From NCBI GenBank assembly GCA_964247055.1, contig OZ176053.1, positions 6,014,001-6,078,000 of the forward strand: a DNA stretch of 64,000 nt. The letters run 5' to 3'. Made by a program: the position numbers and the translations under genes. Shown piece after piece: positions 20,270 to 33,601 of the stretch. The notes beneath the pieces were generated by a model, which ran no database searches, was not told where the DNA came from, and worked only from the letters and a program-made list of their open reading frames with translations. The DNA is from Paragordius varius (taxonomy: Eukaryota > Animalia > Nematomorpha). Numbering within the stretch: the stretch's first letter is position 1; every line of letters begins with the position of its first letter.

Positions 20270-21495
20270 CACGGGCCTGGACCGTAAGCAACCGTTCTTA
20301 AAATTTTAACTGCTTCCGGTTCTTAACATTTTTTTCGGTTCTAGAACCGGTAATTTAAAAAGTAAAACCTGCTTTAAAACGGTTTTTTGAAAAATTTTCC
20401 TGTTCCTGTTGTCGTTTTTTTGGGTTCCGATTCTTAAAATATTCCGATCATATATCCAAATATCTGATAATTATTCCAAAAACATACACATGTAAGCACC
20501 TATTAATTAATTAATTAAATTAGATACTAATGAAATCAACAAACATTGGATAAGTGTAGATTAAGTATTTATATATTTATTTATTAGTATATTGACAAAG
20601 ATTCAATAAAAACAAATCGAATTTTATATTTTTGTTGAATTTAAAAAAACGATGCTTTTCAGACTCTCTTGTGACAATGATGATCTAAGATTCAACCAAA
20701 TATTTAAAGTTAAAGATTCTACGTTGATATTAGTAATATATAGAATACTTGAAATGCCAGTATTCCCATAATTATTTTGACAAGATTCTACGATTCGCGA
20801 TAAAACTTTAAATCTTCCCATAATTCCAAAATTTTTGGATGGGTGGGTACAAATGAAGTTTTATCAAAATCAAATATTATATCTTTTATGACTTAGTTAT
20901 TGGGTGAATGTCATTTTTTCTCATTACATACAATTTATTATCAACGGTCACTTCCATTGAATTTAGATGACTTACTTCATTCGACGTAATACGTCTATGA
21001 ATAGCCAATAAGTTATTTCTTGGAATGTATTTTACTGCATATAAAAATTCCTCTTTAAAACGAGTCTCCGAACACATTAGAGAAAAGCATTGGATTTTTA
21101 ATATATTACTGCTCTTTACTGAACAAACATTTCATTATACAATTATTTTTCCTGATCTAAGTCAAACAACAACCTTTTCCCGATACCAAAAAAATTTGAA
21201 AGAGTAATTTGCTCGTTGCTTTTTATATTATTATATAAGAGTGTAACAATACTTAAAGCTCTATTATGATAAATTCAAAAACTTGTTCTTTAATACACAA
21301 CCGGTTCTAAAACGGTTTATAATTTTAACTGGTTTCGGTTCCTGATCTTTATATTTTTGGGTTCTAAAACCGGTTTTTTTAAAAACTGAAACATGTTCCA
21401 AAACGGCTTCTATATTTTAAAACAGCAGTTCCGGTTCTCATCGTGGAACAATTGTTCTATCTAACCGGCTCTTGCGGTTCTGGTTCCAAGCCCTG
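20270..21495 (-). mobile_element. Internally deleted hAT element with transposase C-terminal remnant
   Basis: Right end GGTTCCAAGCCCTG, eroded left end ACGGGCCTGGACC, flanks CTTAATAC/CTTAATAG, AACCGG(TT) subterminal repeats. Minus-strand RSSLSQESLKSIVFLNS resembles the hAT dimerisation domain. Confidence 0.55.
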
Positions 21496-22828
21496 CTTAA
21501 TAGTTAATTTTTCAAAAGGGTGTTTTCCGATAGGGAGACAACATCATTAGTGTGATTCTATTTTAGCTTGATATTTTTGATCCTGCACTTGAAAATTAAC
21601 TTTTTATTGACCGTTTTCTCAATATACTTGCTATCATAATGCTAATGAATAAATGCATTACTTAAACAATTTTTTGCAGTCTATCCATAAATTCAAACTT
21701 TAGCCATTAATCTAATATGTTTCCCATTTTTTATCCGTTCCAAAAGTATTTTTACTTATAATAAATTATTCGCTTTTTAAAACTAAATGGTACACTATGT
21801 AATACCTAGGTTTTGGGGGCAAAGGAGGATGCTGAACCCAAAAACTAATTTTAAAAATGGATTTATGCATATTATTTTATTTGGACCCATGTGTTTTCCA
21901 GAATTCTCAAAAACCACGAAATCTTAAAACTCATTTTAAAAAATGGCCATAAAAATAAATTTTTTTGCCGGATTATCAGATAAAAAAGTTATTAAATATT
22001 TTAAGGTCAAACCTAAAAAGTATATTTAAACTTTAATAATTAAGCGAATTCGTAAAATGCACATTCATAACTGGCGGTAAAGTTTTTTGTTTTACGCACG
22101 TACCTTCAATTTCCTAAATACCTAAACACATTGATTAACATGATATTTGGCAAAACCCTTAATTGCTTTTTAAATTTTTGCATTTTATAACTTTCTATGT
22201 TTATAATTAAAAATATGATGAAAACTAATGTTTAACTTGAAGTGGGGAAACGATTTAGCTGTTTGAAGCATTAAGGTTACTCTGTGTGGCACTAAAAAGT
22301 AAATTCACTCAAACTAGAAAATAGTATTCCCAAAGGTAACATAATGAATTTTAAAATTAAACGCTTGTTATACGTGAATGTCAAATGTTTTATAGTAACT
22401 AAAATTCGTGCGTCATCGATTAAAGAATATTTGATTTTGAACGGACTATTTCTTAATTAATAATTTATACCATGCATATAAAATGATCTGTATGTGGAGT
22501 TGAAAACAATGTATTGTATAAACTCTACATATAATTTAAGTTGTAAAATTTGTACTGCTCTTCCTTATGTTTTATTGATGATTCCACTGTGACAAAAGAA
22601 ATTGATATCATTTAAGTGTTTGTTTATGTCATGTTTTATTCAAATTTATTCGTGTGTTGTATAATTTGACTCTTTGACACGCAATGTCTCCATTGTTAAA
22701 ACTACTTAAAAACAATAAAATCAAACGAATGATTAATACATGTCGACCCTCCGATCTGAAAATAAACTTAAGTTTTAGATATTTATTTTTCTCCCCTGAA
22801 TATATATACTATTTCAAAAATATATTCA

Positions 22829-24166
22829 ATGAATTTTTCCTTAGAAACATGTATAGACTACCACCCTAAACATTTCCCTTTATCACGCCATGATACGGAG
22901 GAAAGGATTGAATTTGTATATTATATCATCTTAACTCCTCTTCAAGTGTTTACAGGGCTAATTGGTAATTGGTTAGCTGTTCAAAGTACATACCATATTT
23001 GTGATAGCATTACAAAACACTATCTAAGGCAGGTAGCATACTTTAACTTGGTATCTTGTTTTATGGACCTATTTTATCCAGTAACCGATAAGCTTGTTGT
23101 TCTTGCTGGACCAAAATCTCTACTTCAAAAGTGTCCTTGGGTCATTTTTATGCGAAAAATTATTATACCGTTATCTAAAATGGTTAAGCGAGCCTCTATT
23201 TTAGTTATGATGGCCTTTTTCATGGATCGATTCTGTATCATATGTCATCCGATACATACTAAGTGTTGGAGACAATTACATTTTCATCGACATATTGGAT
23301 CTTTAACTCTACTTTTAGCTTTTGCGTTATGTTTTCCCATCATACAGTGGTATAAAGTAACGCCATGTCAAAGTGACGGTCAATATAGGAATATTTCTAT
23401 GATTTGGCAAAATCACGGTTTTAGCACTTTAAAAATGTACCTACTTTCTGCATGTAATCGTAGAATCAATTTGAAATCCCAGCATTTTAAACGTTATGAA
23501 GTGGCTAGAGAAACATTGTTAATATTTTTACCGATAGCACTTATGACATATTTTGCTATTCGTATTAAATTATCTGTTCATAGCTTTCACAATCGTAAAA
23601 AACAGCGTCAAATTATATGCTCAACTACGCAAACATGTATAAATCACCTTTCCACCAAAACTAAAATGGAAAAGATTGCATCGGTAAGTGCTACAATACT
23701 ACTCAAGACTAACCATATATTTTTATCCTTTATGAATAGAAATATAAATAATCTTGGACAGTCGAATCAAATTAGTGATATCTCTGTTTTTTCTATTAAA
23801 ACTAATCAACCTATTACAATTTTCGCAGCTGTAAGAAACAATAAAGCAAAACCAGAATCTAATAACTGTGTGGCGGTAAAACATTTACGGAAAACTATGG
23901 CTGTCCTTTTTGGATTCCTGCTATTTTACTCTTTCACAATCCTTCCTGCTTCCATATTCTCCATCATATATTCCTATCATGATTATAAAAATTTGCGTTA
24001 TGCCGTATTGATAATAATTAGCAATTTTTTGGAATACGCTAATTACTCTTGGTGCTTTTACATCTATGCTTTTTTAGATCACATTTTTGGTGCCGTGTTT
24101 TATTCAAAGTTTGTTGTCATATTCTATCGTATCAAACGATTTGCTGAAACAGTAAAACATCATTAG
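22829..24166 (+). CDS. Intronless class A GPCR, FMRFamide/peptide-receptor-like, 445 aa
   Basis: Seven hydrophobic segments; TM1 GLIGN, TM3 MDRF, TM6 TILP, TM7 LEYANYSWCFYIY; long third intracellular loop. Confidence 0.85.
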   Translation: MNFSLETCIDYHPKHFPLSRHDTEERIEFVYYIILTPLQVFTGLIGNWLAVQSTYHICDSITKHYLRQVAYFNLVSCFMDLFYPVTDKLVVLAGPKSLLQKCPWVIFMRKIIIPLSKMVKRASILVMMAFFMDRFCIICHPIHTKCWRQLHFHRHIGSLTLLLAFALCFPIIQWYKVTPCQSDGQYRNISMIWQNHGFSTLKMYLLSACNRRINLKSQHFKRYEVARETLLIFLPIALMTYFAIRIKLSVHSFHNRKKQRQIICSTTQTCINHLSTKTKMEKIASVSATILLKTNHIFLSFMNRNINNLGQSNQISDISVFSIKTNQPITIFAAVRNNKAKPESNNCVAVKHLRKTMAVLFGFLLFYSFTILPASIFSIIYSYHDYKNLRYAVLIIISNFLEYANYSWCFYIYAFLDHIFGAVFYSKFVVIFYRIKRFAETVKHH

Positions 24167-26101
24167 TTTATCTCATTAATTTATTTTCATTTTTGTGAAG
24201 CAAATTATTTTAGTTTGTAATTTGTGATATATATACAAAGCTATAATTATAGATGTTAAATCAAATAAATTATTAATACAGCACAAATGATTAATGGGGC
24301 AAATAAAATAACTGCTCTAACATATATAATTGAGCGTAATTATAAGATATTTATTGAATGTATTTATGTTTATTTCATCAGCAGTTCATGTGTTCTATAG
24401 GTTTTAAGCATATATTTTTTCCCAAAATAAATATTGTGCGCTATATTTTTAATCTTTATGATTAGGATTTAAGCAGATTTTCTTGTATGACTCGTTAACT
24501 CAAAAATTAAGAGCTGGAGTATATAAATTATTGAAATATTGTTTTGTAGTTTGTTATATTATTTAGAGAAATGCATAATATATATCGATCTAACATCCCT
24601 TGCTCACCATTATTTTTAAAAGGTTCGATCTTTCCCTTGAAAACCATAGTTATTAATTTTCAAAAAATTCGTTTCCGGAAATTTACAATATTACGGAATT
24701 TTTGGGGCTTTTATCTAGCTAAACTAAAAATCCCATTTGTTCGATTTGCTAATGTCAGCGCTGATTTTTAAAAATTACACATAGCCATAAATGTAAAAGT
24801 TTTCTGAAAACTTGATGCCATTTTATTTATGAGGTTTCATAAGACAAAAAATAATTATATATTAACCTGCGATTTAAATTTCTGTAGTGTCTCTTGCCGT
24901 CTCTAACTCTAAGTCTATCTAAAGAAAGTTGCCAATAAGCACTTATCTGTAAGTTTAAACACAAATAAAACAATTCCAATATGTCTAAACACAGAAAAAT
25001 ATTTTAGTGTTATAATTAAATGTTTGCTCATAAATGCATTCTTTTGGTTTGGTTAAACAATATTTTCCATTCTTGGGCAATGTAACAAAACTGCAAATAT
25101 TGAAACATGTACAAAATCTATTGGTCGTGACTTTTTTGGCTAACCTTTAAACATGGTGATAAATAAAATGTGTGTTTCCTATATTTTTTAAAATGCCATC
25201 GTATATTCTGGGTTAAAACAGATAAATTTGATGATTTTTTTGGTCTTTTAACCGTAATTATATAGATATTTTGTGTCTGAAGGACCAAATGTACAAAAAT
25301 AAAATAGATCATCTGGGGCCACAGTTTAATATTATATATATATATATATATATACCATATTTTTCTATGCCTTATATAGCCAACATATATGCATGTATAA
25401 TTATTTTCCACTAAATTCTACCCAATTTTCATTCATAATTTTAATTCCGGTTCATCACCCTCAATTCCGGTATTTACCCTGTTATAACCAAAATATTCAT
25501 ATTTTTCCATTTTTTCACTAAACTTTGTAATTTTTAACATGTTCACAACCATAATCAAACAAATATAATTATGTGAAAATTTGTGAGTTTATTCGTTTAA
25601 ATTTGCGATAATCAGTTTATCGTACCAAAAGAATTTGTTAATATTCATGATAATTATTCAAAAGATTTGTGGCAATCAGTGATCCAGTCAAAATATAAAA
25701 TTTCAATACTATTTTAATTTTCATCGGACTTAAAAATGGTCCAAAAAATATATTATTTATAAATCGGTATCGAAAATTACGGTCCAAGATTTTAAATTCA
25801 ACCCTAATAACAACTATAAAAACTGAAAAATATTTTCAGTTAGCAAATTTATATAACTAATGGAGCGCTGAAATCCCTATCTCTCCAAATAGTATTATTA
25901 TAGTTTGGGTAGTGCCATAAAATTTATTTATCTAATTAAAAAATGTGTACAAAAATATACATTTTAATCTAATGTTAAAAATATTCTAATGTACTATATC
26001 AATAATAGATGTGTATCAAAATTATATCAAGAATGTAATTGTGTTGGTAGTATTTGTATTTGCATCATGAGTGTTGAAGGTGAGTTATAAAATAAGATTT
26101 C

Positions 26102-29100
26102 TTAATTGATTATGCCATTATTGTCTTCCTCTGGTGCGATATGCTTAAAATGATTAATGCCAGCTTCATTTAACACACATAAATGCTACGTGTAACAAAA
26201 AAATAAAATCACAAAATATAATATATTTACTGTGAATTCCCCATTGATGAAAAAAATATGGCTAATATCTGATCATGACGCCTTTTCAAAACATTTGTCT
26301 TAGAGTGAGATATATATTAAAAAATTTAAAAAAATGATTTTTTAATTTTATTGCTTTTAGTCCATTATAAAACATCATTATTTATACCCATAAAAAATAC
26401 AGTACGTTTATAAGGTAAAAACATAAAATATAGGATTATATTGGATAAATAAGAGAAGTGCATGGTAATTAAAAGTATTAAAAACTTAGGCCGATCATAA
26501 TATCAGTTTTATTAAACTCTTAAATTATTATGATTAAAATTTAGAAAGATATATAAATATATGAAGTCTTACATTTAAATCCCTAAAGTATTGGTTATAA
26601 TCAAGTCCGTATCCCACCACAAATTTGTCAGGAATGCTGAATCCTACAACTAAATTAAATTTTTTTATATATTTTAATAAAATATTAATTAGAGCTACAT
26701 AAATTAATATTTAATTATATTAATTGCTAATGAGAAAATAAAAATCCTTACATGAGGGATCAATATTGATAAAATTTACAATAAATTGTAATGATAGATA
26801 TACAACTTACAATCAACATCATGGCTTTGCAGAGTGTTTGGATTGCGTTTGTGGAACAGGCTGAATATATCAAGGAAATATAAAATAAATTTATAATTAA
26901 GAATAAACCTTGCAACTCTCAAACTTTTAGGTTCGAACGCTCTAAAAGCCTCTAATACCTTGGTTAAAGTTTGTCCAGAATCCACAATGTCTTCAACTAT
27001 GAGAATGTGCTGCAAAAAATAAATTTTAATAGTAACAATTTTCGGCTTATTTTCAGAAGGATTATATGATACGATAATATAATATATTATATTCATTGTA
27101 ATTTATTTGGATAAATTCACAAGTAAATTACATAGACTAGGGATTTAAATATTTGTAATGATAGTGCCCAAGTATCCAAATTTATATTTATATTATAAAA
27201 AATGCTCTTAACAACTCTTAATGAATATAGCTAATCCATTCATAATTTATATGTTAAAAATATTCTAGTTTTGGGCCAAATTTAAATTGGCATTATTCCC
27301 ACAAAATATTTTAAAAAATGGAAATTGTTAAAAAATCATCATCTCAAACTTTTTGCTGCTAAAAATTTATATAAATACTTTACTAATAGTAACAAACATA
27401 TAAACCTTAAAATTAATTAGCCTTAATGGCATTTGGTTACATTTTTACAGCTATTTTTCGGTAAACATTACAGTATGCATTTTAATGGTTGCTTATTTCA
27501 CACTATAGTAGAGCAATTTGAAACACAGGAGGGTATGGAAAAAAAGGGAAAATTGTTTTTTCCACATTTTGTTTTTTCCATTACACTATTGTGTTGCAAA
27601 TTGCCCAGCTTATGTGTGAAATAAGCAACCATCAAAATGCATACTCTAATTTTAAAAATGAGGTGTGCGTGATTGGATATAAAATATTTCCAATTTAATA
27701 AAGTTACAAAATTGATAATAATCAGTTTTATGAACGGAATATAAATATGTTTGATAATTATGAGCCAAATTTAACTAATATATTATGCGAATTTCAGCCT
27801 CGGGAAAAAAAACACCCCAAAATGTCATCTCCATAAAAGTAATCGTGTTAACAGAGACACAAATTTATTTTAAAACTAAAGCTTTAGCAACCTTAAAAAA
27901 CTCCCTAATGGTAATTAACAAGATTTTTGAAGCATAGCTATCTTGCAGCCGTTTTAGGACGAAGATGGCGTCTGGAACGGAAGGAAAATTGTGAAGATGA
28001 TATTGTTACCTGATTTCTTATTTTATTTTCTTATACAACTTATATCATATTTTTCTTGATTTGGAGAAGGCTTTTAGCAAAGTACCCCGAGCGATTCCAT
28101 TGGCCTTAAAATAGCGTTAATGAACAATTAATTCAAGTTATGAAACTCTATCAAAATCCCAAACCATTTTTCAGAACCCATTTGGGAGATTCCAATTCCT
28201 TTAAAATTAAAGTAGGACTCCATCAGGGATCAGCCTTAAGCCCCTTGATGATTATTACAATATTAGATGCTGTTACACGCGATATTTGGTTAAATCTGCC
28301 ATACGAAATTTTATATGCAGATGATATAGTGCTTACCACAACCTCGATTTCAAACATAGAAAAATGTTTATACAATGGCAATAACAGCTAAACAAATTTG
28401 GATTCAAAATAAATGAAAATAAAAGTAAAATTCTAATATCGGGCGAACCCCACAATGATATTAAATACCCATGCGGAGTTTGCGGATTAAATGTTGGATT
28501 TGATTCTATTCTCTGCTTTAAAAATGGTGTCGCAAAAAATCTTAAAACATTACCGGCAAACTCTCCGAAAAGTTAAATTTCAAATGTGAGTCATGCTTGC
28601 ATCATTCAACGGCCCTACCAATTAAGCACGCCCTTGATAATTCAAGCTTAGAAGTTGTATACAAGTTTACCTATCTTGGTAACAAAATAACATCAGACTC
28701 CTCAGACAATAGCGCAATTAATGCCAGAATAAATCGTACCTGGGGAAAAGATCATGAGCTAAAATACATACTAAAACAAAAGCACATATCAAAACTAAAA
28801 TTATAAAATGGTTAAAAGATCAGTTTTGACAAACCTTGGCATTAACACAACAAGAGAAACGTCTCATCAGCGCGGAAAATCACATACTCCGCCTGATGTC
28901 AACGCAGCTAAATCTCCAAGATCTCCGCAATCACATACAAATGGAGTCCAAATTTATCTAATTCAAAAGATTGAGATACTACGGTCCTTGACTATATGAA
29001 TCCTAATAATCCGAACAGAACCTCATTCGACATCATCCCACCTGGAAACAATAAGCTTGGTTGTTCTCGCTTAACTTGGGCTAAGAAGAATCTGGGTTTC

Positions 29101-29685
29101 CAGCAACTCAAACTGCTAATAACATATTTATTGATAAAGAACTATTTAATAAAAATCTGGATAGTTGATGGGGCACAATCAAAACTTTTTAAACAACATT
29201 TGTTTGGATAATTTATATTAATAATATATTATACTTTATTATGAAAATGCTCTTGATTATCCAATCCTATTAATCGCACATATCCTGTACTTTCAGTATC
29301 CTATATTTAATCAATAACAAACTTGGTACGAAATAGCACGAACAAACTCCATAGTTATCGGATAACATCTATCATGCGATATACTGTAATTGTGGAATGT
29401 AAGTAATAATTGATTAAAAAATTTGAAAGATCCCTTGAGTATACAAACAGGGATAAAGGGTGTGTTATCATAGGTTTTTATTATATCATATGCAATTTTT
29501 TCAATCCTAATATAAGAAACTTTCTAACCGGTCATTGATACATCCTTGTGGAATCAGAATATAATCCAAAAACTTCTCATAGTATTTAGGGAACGTAAAG
29601 TGGTCAAGCTGATATTTAATTTCAAAATCCGCTACCTATTTTTTATTCAAAAAAATACGATAACGCAGTCTGTTTTCTTAGGCAT
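26102..29685 (-). CDS. HPRT1: Hypoxanthine-guanine phosphoribosyltransferase, 231 aa, 8 exons
   Basis: Exons (-): 29685-29659, 29635-29529, 29506-29323, 29300-29235, 27009-26909, 26860-26811, 26649-26573, 26185-26102 (696 nt). Motifs CILKG, SY loop, [10 protein letters not shown] and [16 protein letters not shown]. Coding sizes 27/107/184/66 equal human exons 1-4 as I recall them. Confidence 0.96.
27990..29110 (+). mobile_element. RTE-clade LINE remnant in HPRT intron 4 (antisense to the gene)
   Basis: [18 protein letters not shown] and YADDIVL RT motifs, followed by [10 protein letters not shown]; broken frames. Confidence 0.85.
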
Positions 29686-29729
29686 GGATTTAATGATATA
29701 ATGGTTATCAGATGATAACTATTATATAA

Positions 29730-32515
29730 ATAAAACTAATACCTGGTGCAGGTGAGGACGATTTGCGCAAATAACTCCCTCCAGCTTCTTTGTCAGGAAA
29801 CCCGTTGCGCCTTCAATGGTCGCCAAAAATTTGGCCAACGCTTCACCCTCTTCAGCAGCAAAGCAGATGGTATGTCTGGAGGTGTTGGATTCTTGGTAAG
29901 GCGCAATATTCTGAGGCGGGTTACTAACTTTATGCCGCATTCACATAGATTGGCCGGACTTCACATAAAAATCAGCACTAAATGTTATACGCTTATTAGC
30001 GCCTACGGCCCTCATGATATATCAGAATACCTGAATTTTTGAATGATCTAGGAACCATTCTGGATTCGGTTCCGGCACGGAATCGCCTTCTGATTTTTGG
30101 TGATATGAACTGCAGGGTGGGAAGAAACATATCTTTGTGGGCTATTGGAAGACACACTCTTACCACTTCCACCAAGGCAGGTAGACTTCTCGCAACCTTT
30201 TGTGATAATCGTCGTCTATTGATTAATAACACCTTTTTCCCAGATAGCCAACATGGTCCGTACACAAGAATTGCAAGGAATGTGTGCACTTCCCAAATTG
30301 ATTTTGTCATTATACGCGAGAAAGATCTGTCAATGGTGAAGAAAGTTGGCTGCGCGATATACAACGACCTTATCAGCGATCACCTTTTGATCTGCGCTGA
30401 GTTACAGTTGACCTGGGCCGCGCGCCCCTCCATAGGTCCGAAATCGGAGTGGGCCACTGTGCTTGGTGAGCTCTCTTCCAGAACCAGGCGAAGACATGTT
30501 GTCTACGAGGACTGGCTATCTGCTGGGACTAAACGATTTCTCCATGCAATACGAATAAATGTTACACGAGTCGTCGCAGAGCATGGATTAGAGCCAATGC
30601 ATATCGCTTGAAACGCAAGGACAGGCAGGCGTTTGTTTCCCGATATTTCAGCAAACTGGCGGCTAATGAGAAACACTCAAGGGAGCACTATTCAATGATT
30701 CGTTTCCTGCTTCGACGCCCCAGAACCTGTATTAGTCTGCATTCTCATGGCAGGCTGATAATGGATAGCCAGAAAAATGTGATCTCTTTGCACCGACATT
30801 ACACTGATCTGTTGGGGAATAATAAAATGATCCAGGATGACGTTGTCAATGATCATCCGTTCTCATTGAAATTGGATGAAGGAACATTTCGCCTAGGTAG
30901 TGAATTTTTACGAAATTATAAGTGCCCAGGGCCAGACCGCAGCGCGGCAGATGCCTGGAAGAAGGAAATACATTGGTGCACTGACAACATCTTACCTATC
31001 ATCAATAGTTGGCTAGAACGTGGCACACTGATGAGGAATGGGTGGAATGCGAGATAATTAATATCGGAAAACAAGATAATCCAGGCACCCCTAATGATTA
31101 CAGGGGTATAGCCCTGGAATTACAGTGTACAAGGTTTTGGCCAACATTGCCCTGTCTAGACTGCAGTCCTTTGATGATGAACTCCATCCAATCTGCGGTT
31201 TTAGGCGGGGAAGGGGAACGATGGATTTATTCTGTTCTTTGGTAATTTTCATCGAGAAAAGCAGGCGACATAAGCACCCGCTCTACTTGGGATTTGTGGA
31301 TATAGCCAAGGCATTCGATAAACTGGATAGGAAGCATGTCATGCGCTTGCTGAAGAGGGTTGATATGGAGGAAAACTTCAAGAACTTTATACCTCACTTG
31401 ATAGTCCGTACGCGTAGTCAGGTGGCAGTTGAAACCACCCGTTCGGCTTACATCTATTCAGAATGAAACCTGAAGCAAGGATGCCCTCTGTCCCCAAAAC
31501 TCTTTAACTTAGCTATGGACTCAATAGTACGGAAGGTATACGCGAGCTTTCCCAATGTCTTTTTCCAGGTGCTCTGCTATGCAGACGACCTTTGCATCTT
31601 AACGGATACGGAGCAGAACCTAGGGCAGGCCCTAGATCAGCTGGAATCTGAATTGACGCCTATATTGGCCTAAATAAAAATTACGAAAAGTCAAAAGTGA
31701 TGATAATAGGTGGGTCTGATGCGAGGATGTTCAAAACTGTTGGAGGGGAGCTGGAAGTTGTGGAGTCCTTTCGATACCTGGGAGTTATGGTGGACAAAAA
31801 CGGATGCGCTCTTAACTCACCTCTACTCAGACTTCATTCCGCAAAGCTTATCTTCGACGGATTACATTGTTAGTGGCGCTCGAAAGAGGTTGGTCAAAGG
31901 CTGAAGTTGAAAATATTTAAAAGTCTAATCCTCCCTGGAATTCTATATGGTTTGTCGGTGTGGCCAAATTCTGTCAAACATACACGCAAGGCTCAGGTAT
32001 TTGTAAATAAATCGCTAAGAGTCATCACAGGCGACATTTACTCCAGGAAAACGGTGCCAACTAGCCACTTATAAGCTTCATCTAAAAACCGATACCTTGC
32101 CTTTAGTGCTGGGAATACCATTGTCAAGTCTGAATGTGGTAGTCCACCAGCTACGCCATAACGAAATGAGTCCGCTTAAGGCGGCACTGGAATGGAAACT
32201 GAATGGCCGCCCTATTGGAAGTATAAAAAAATGGCTGGACGCATGTGTGTTTTCTTGCAGCGTGTGGGCCTTGCGGAGTCAGACTTTGTAACACTAGTGC
32301 TGAACGGAGGTTGGAAGGATAAAGTGCCCAGATTAAGAGAGCGTTGTTAAAGGAAGAGGAGAGGATACACTACGCCAAACGGCAACGTCGACGCGAGCGC
32401 CGGCTTCAAAAACTACCTGCGAAAAGGGCTAATCCGGTGGGGGACAGTCTGTGGTTGTCTGTGACCTTAAATACTTTATTAGGGGGTAAATTACATATTT
32501 AATATTACTATTATT
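29730..32515 (+). mobile_element. Near-complete LINE ORF2 (APE endonuclease + RT), RTE-like, frameshifted
   Basis: APE motifs QETR, GVGF, SAYGP, GDMN, IDF, SDH; RT motifs PGPD, YRGIAL, GFRRGR, FVDIAKAFD, QGCPLSP, YADDL; ATT-rich 3' end near 32505-32517. Confidence 0.92.
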
Positions 32516-33601
32516 ATCGTTCTTAATTTATCTGTCGTACTACATGTTTACTCTATATACCTATACAAACATCCAGCAATGAAATGGCGCCCCCTGCCCT
32601 GAAGCGTGTAAAAGCGCAGGAAGGCGGTAAGGGTCGTCCTGTGTGGATAGTGGCGGTTGGAACCATGCCTGCCACACCCTTTTCTGGATACCTGGATATA
32701 ACATTTATAATATTTTACTATATTTATAGTTATAAGTACTGTAAAGTAGAGCCCTGCAAAACTTTTGGCATATCAACATGTTTGTGGTTTTACTTTCTAT
32801 CCAATGAAAACCGCGCTAGATCATTTTTATTTCATGCTCTATAGCAGGTGATTTTATGTGTCTCAAAAAAATTAAAAAATTATTGAAAGAGAAAATAAGC
32901 CGGTTTTTGTTCAAATATATCGCGATAATGCAGATTATAAAAATCTTTATATTATTTTAAAATTCGGATTTCATTTAAACGGTGAATTCCAAATATCTTT
33001 TCGAATAAATAGAAATTTTAAATATGCCACGTAAAATATAACCACTTATTTTTTAAAGCGACTTCATATTTACGAAACTAGGTAGGTGTTATTGTTTTAG
33101 AATTTTATGTCACCCTTGATATCATTTAATTGTAAGAAACAGCCAGCGGTTCCGGTTTTCAGTATAATAACCATTTTGGTTCCAGTCGAGTCTATTTCCC
33201 CCGGTGAGAAACCCTGGTTTTACAACTTACTAATCATTTAAAAGGGTTACAGCTATTGCATTTTTTAGCCCCCAATATGTAAAATATGGGAGTAATGAAT
33301 GCTATTTTGATTTTAGTTTGGATTATTTTTTCTATAACATTCCTTGTTTTTAATGTGATTTTTAAAGCGTACGAAAATAGTAAAATTAACCTAGTATATA
33401 GTTGAAAAAGCATTTTGTGCAAAAACAGGAATTTTAATTGGGAATTGACAATTATAACATTCTTATATTATCATTTGTTAGTAGAAAAATATTTTTATGA
33501 CATAATTAATATAAAAATATTAAACATTAAATTCCAACATTTTAATATCGAATTTACTATGATTACAATATACCGTAGGTTATCTAACCTTATGTTATAA
33601 T

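Noticed and set aside
32590-32640. Hammerhead, twister or SECIS match
   Set aside because: CTGAAGC lacks the CUGANGA...GAAA core, the GTAAAAGCG..AGG similarity to twister lacks the P4/L4 segment, and SECIS spacing is wrong.
32584-32844. 86-aa ORF MAPPALKRV...
   Set aside because: No recognisable domain, and composition switches from GC-rich to AT-rich midway; kept only as an unexplained structured island.
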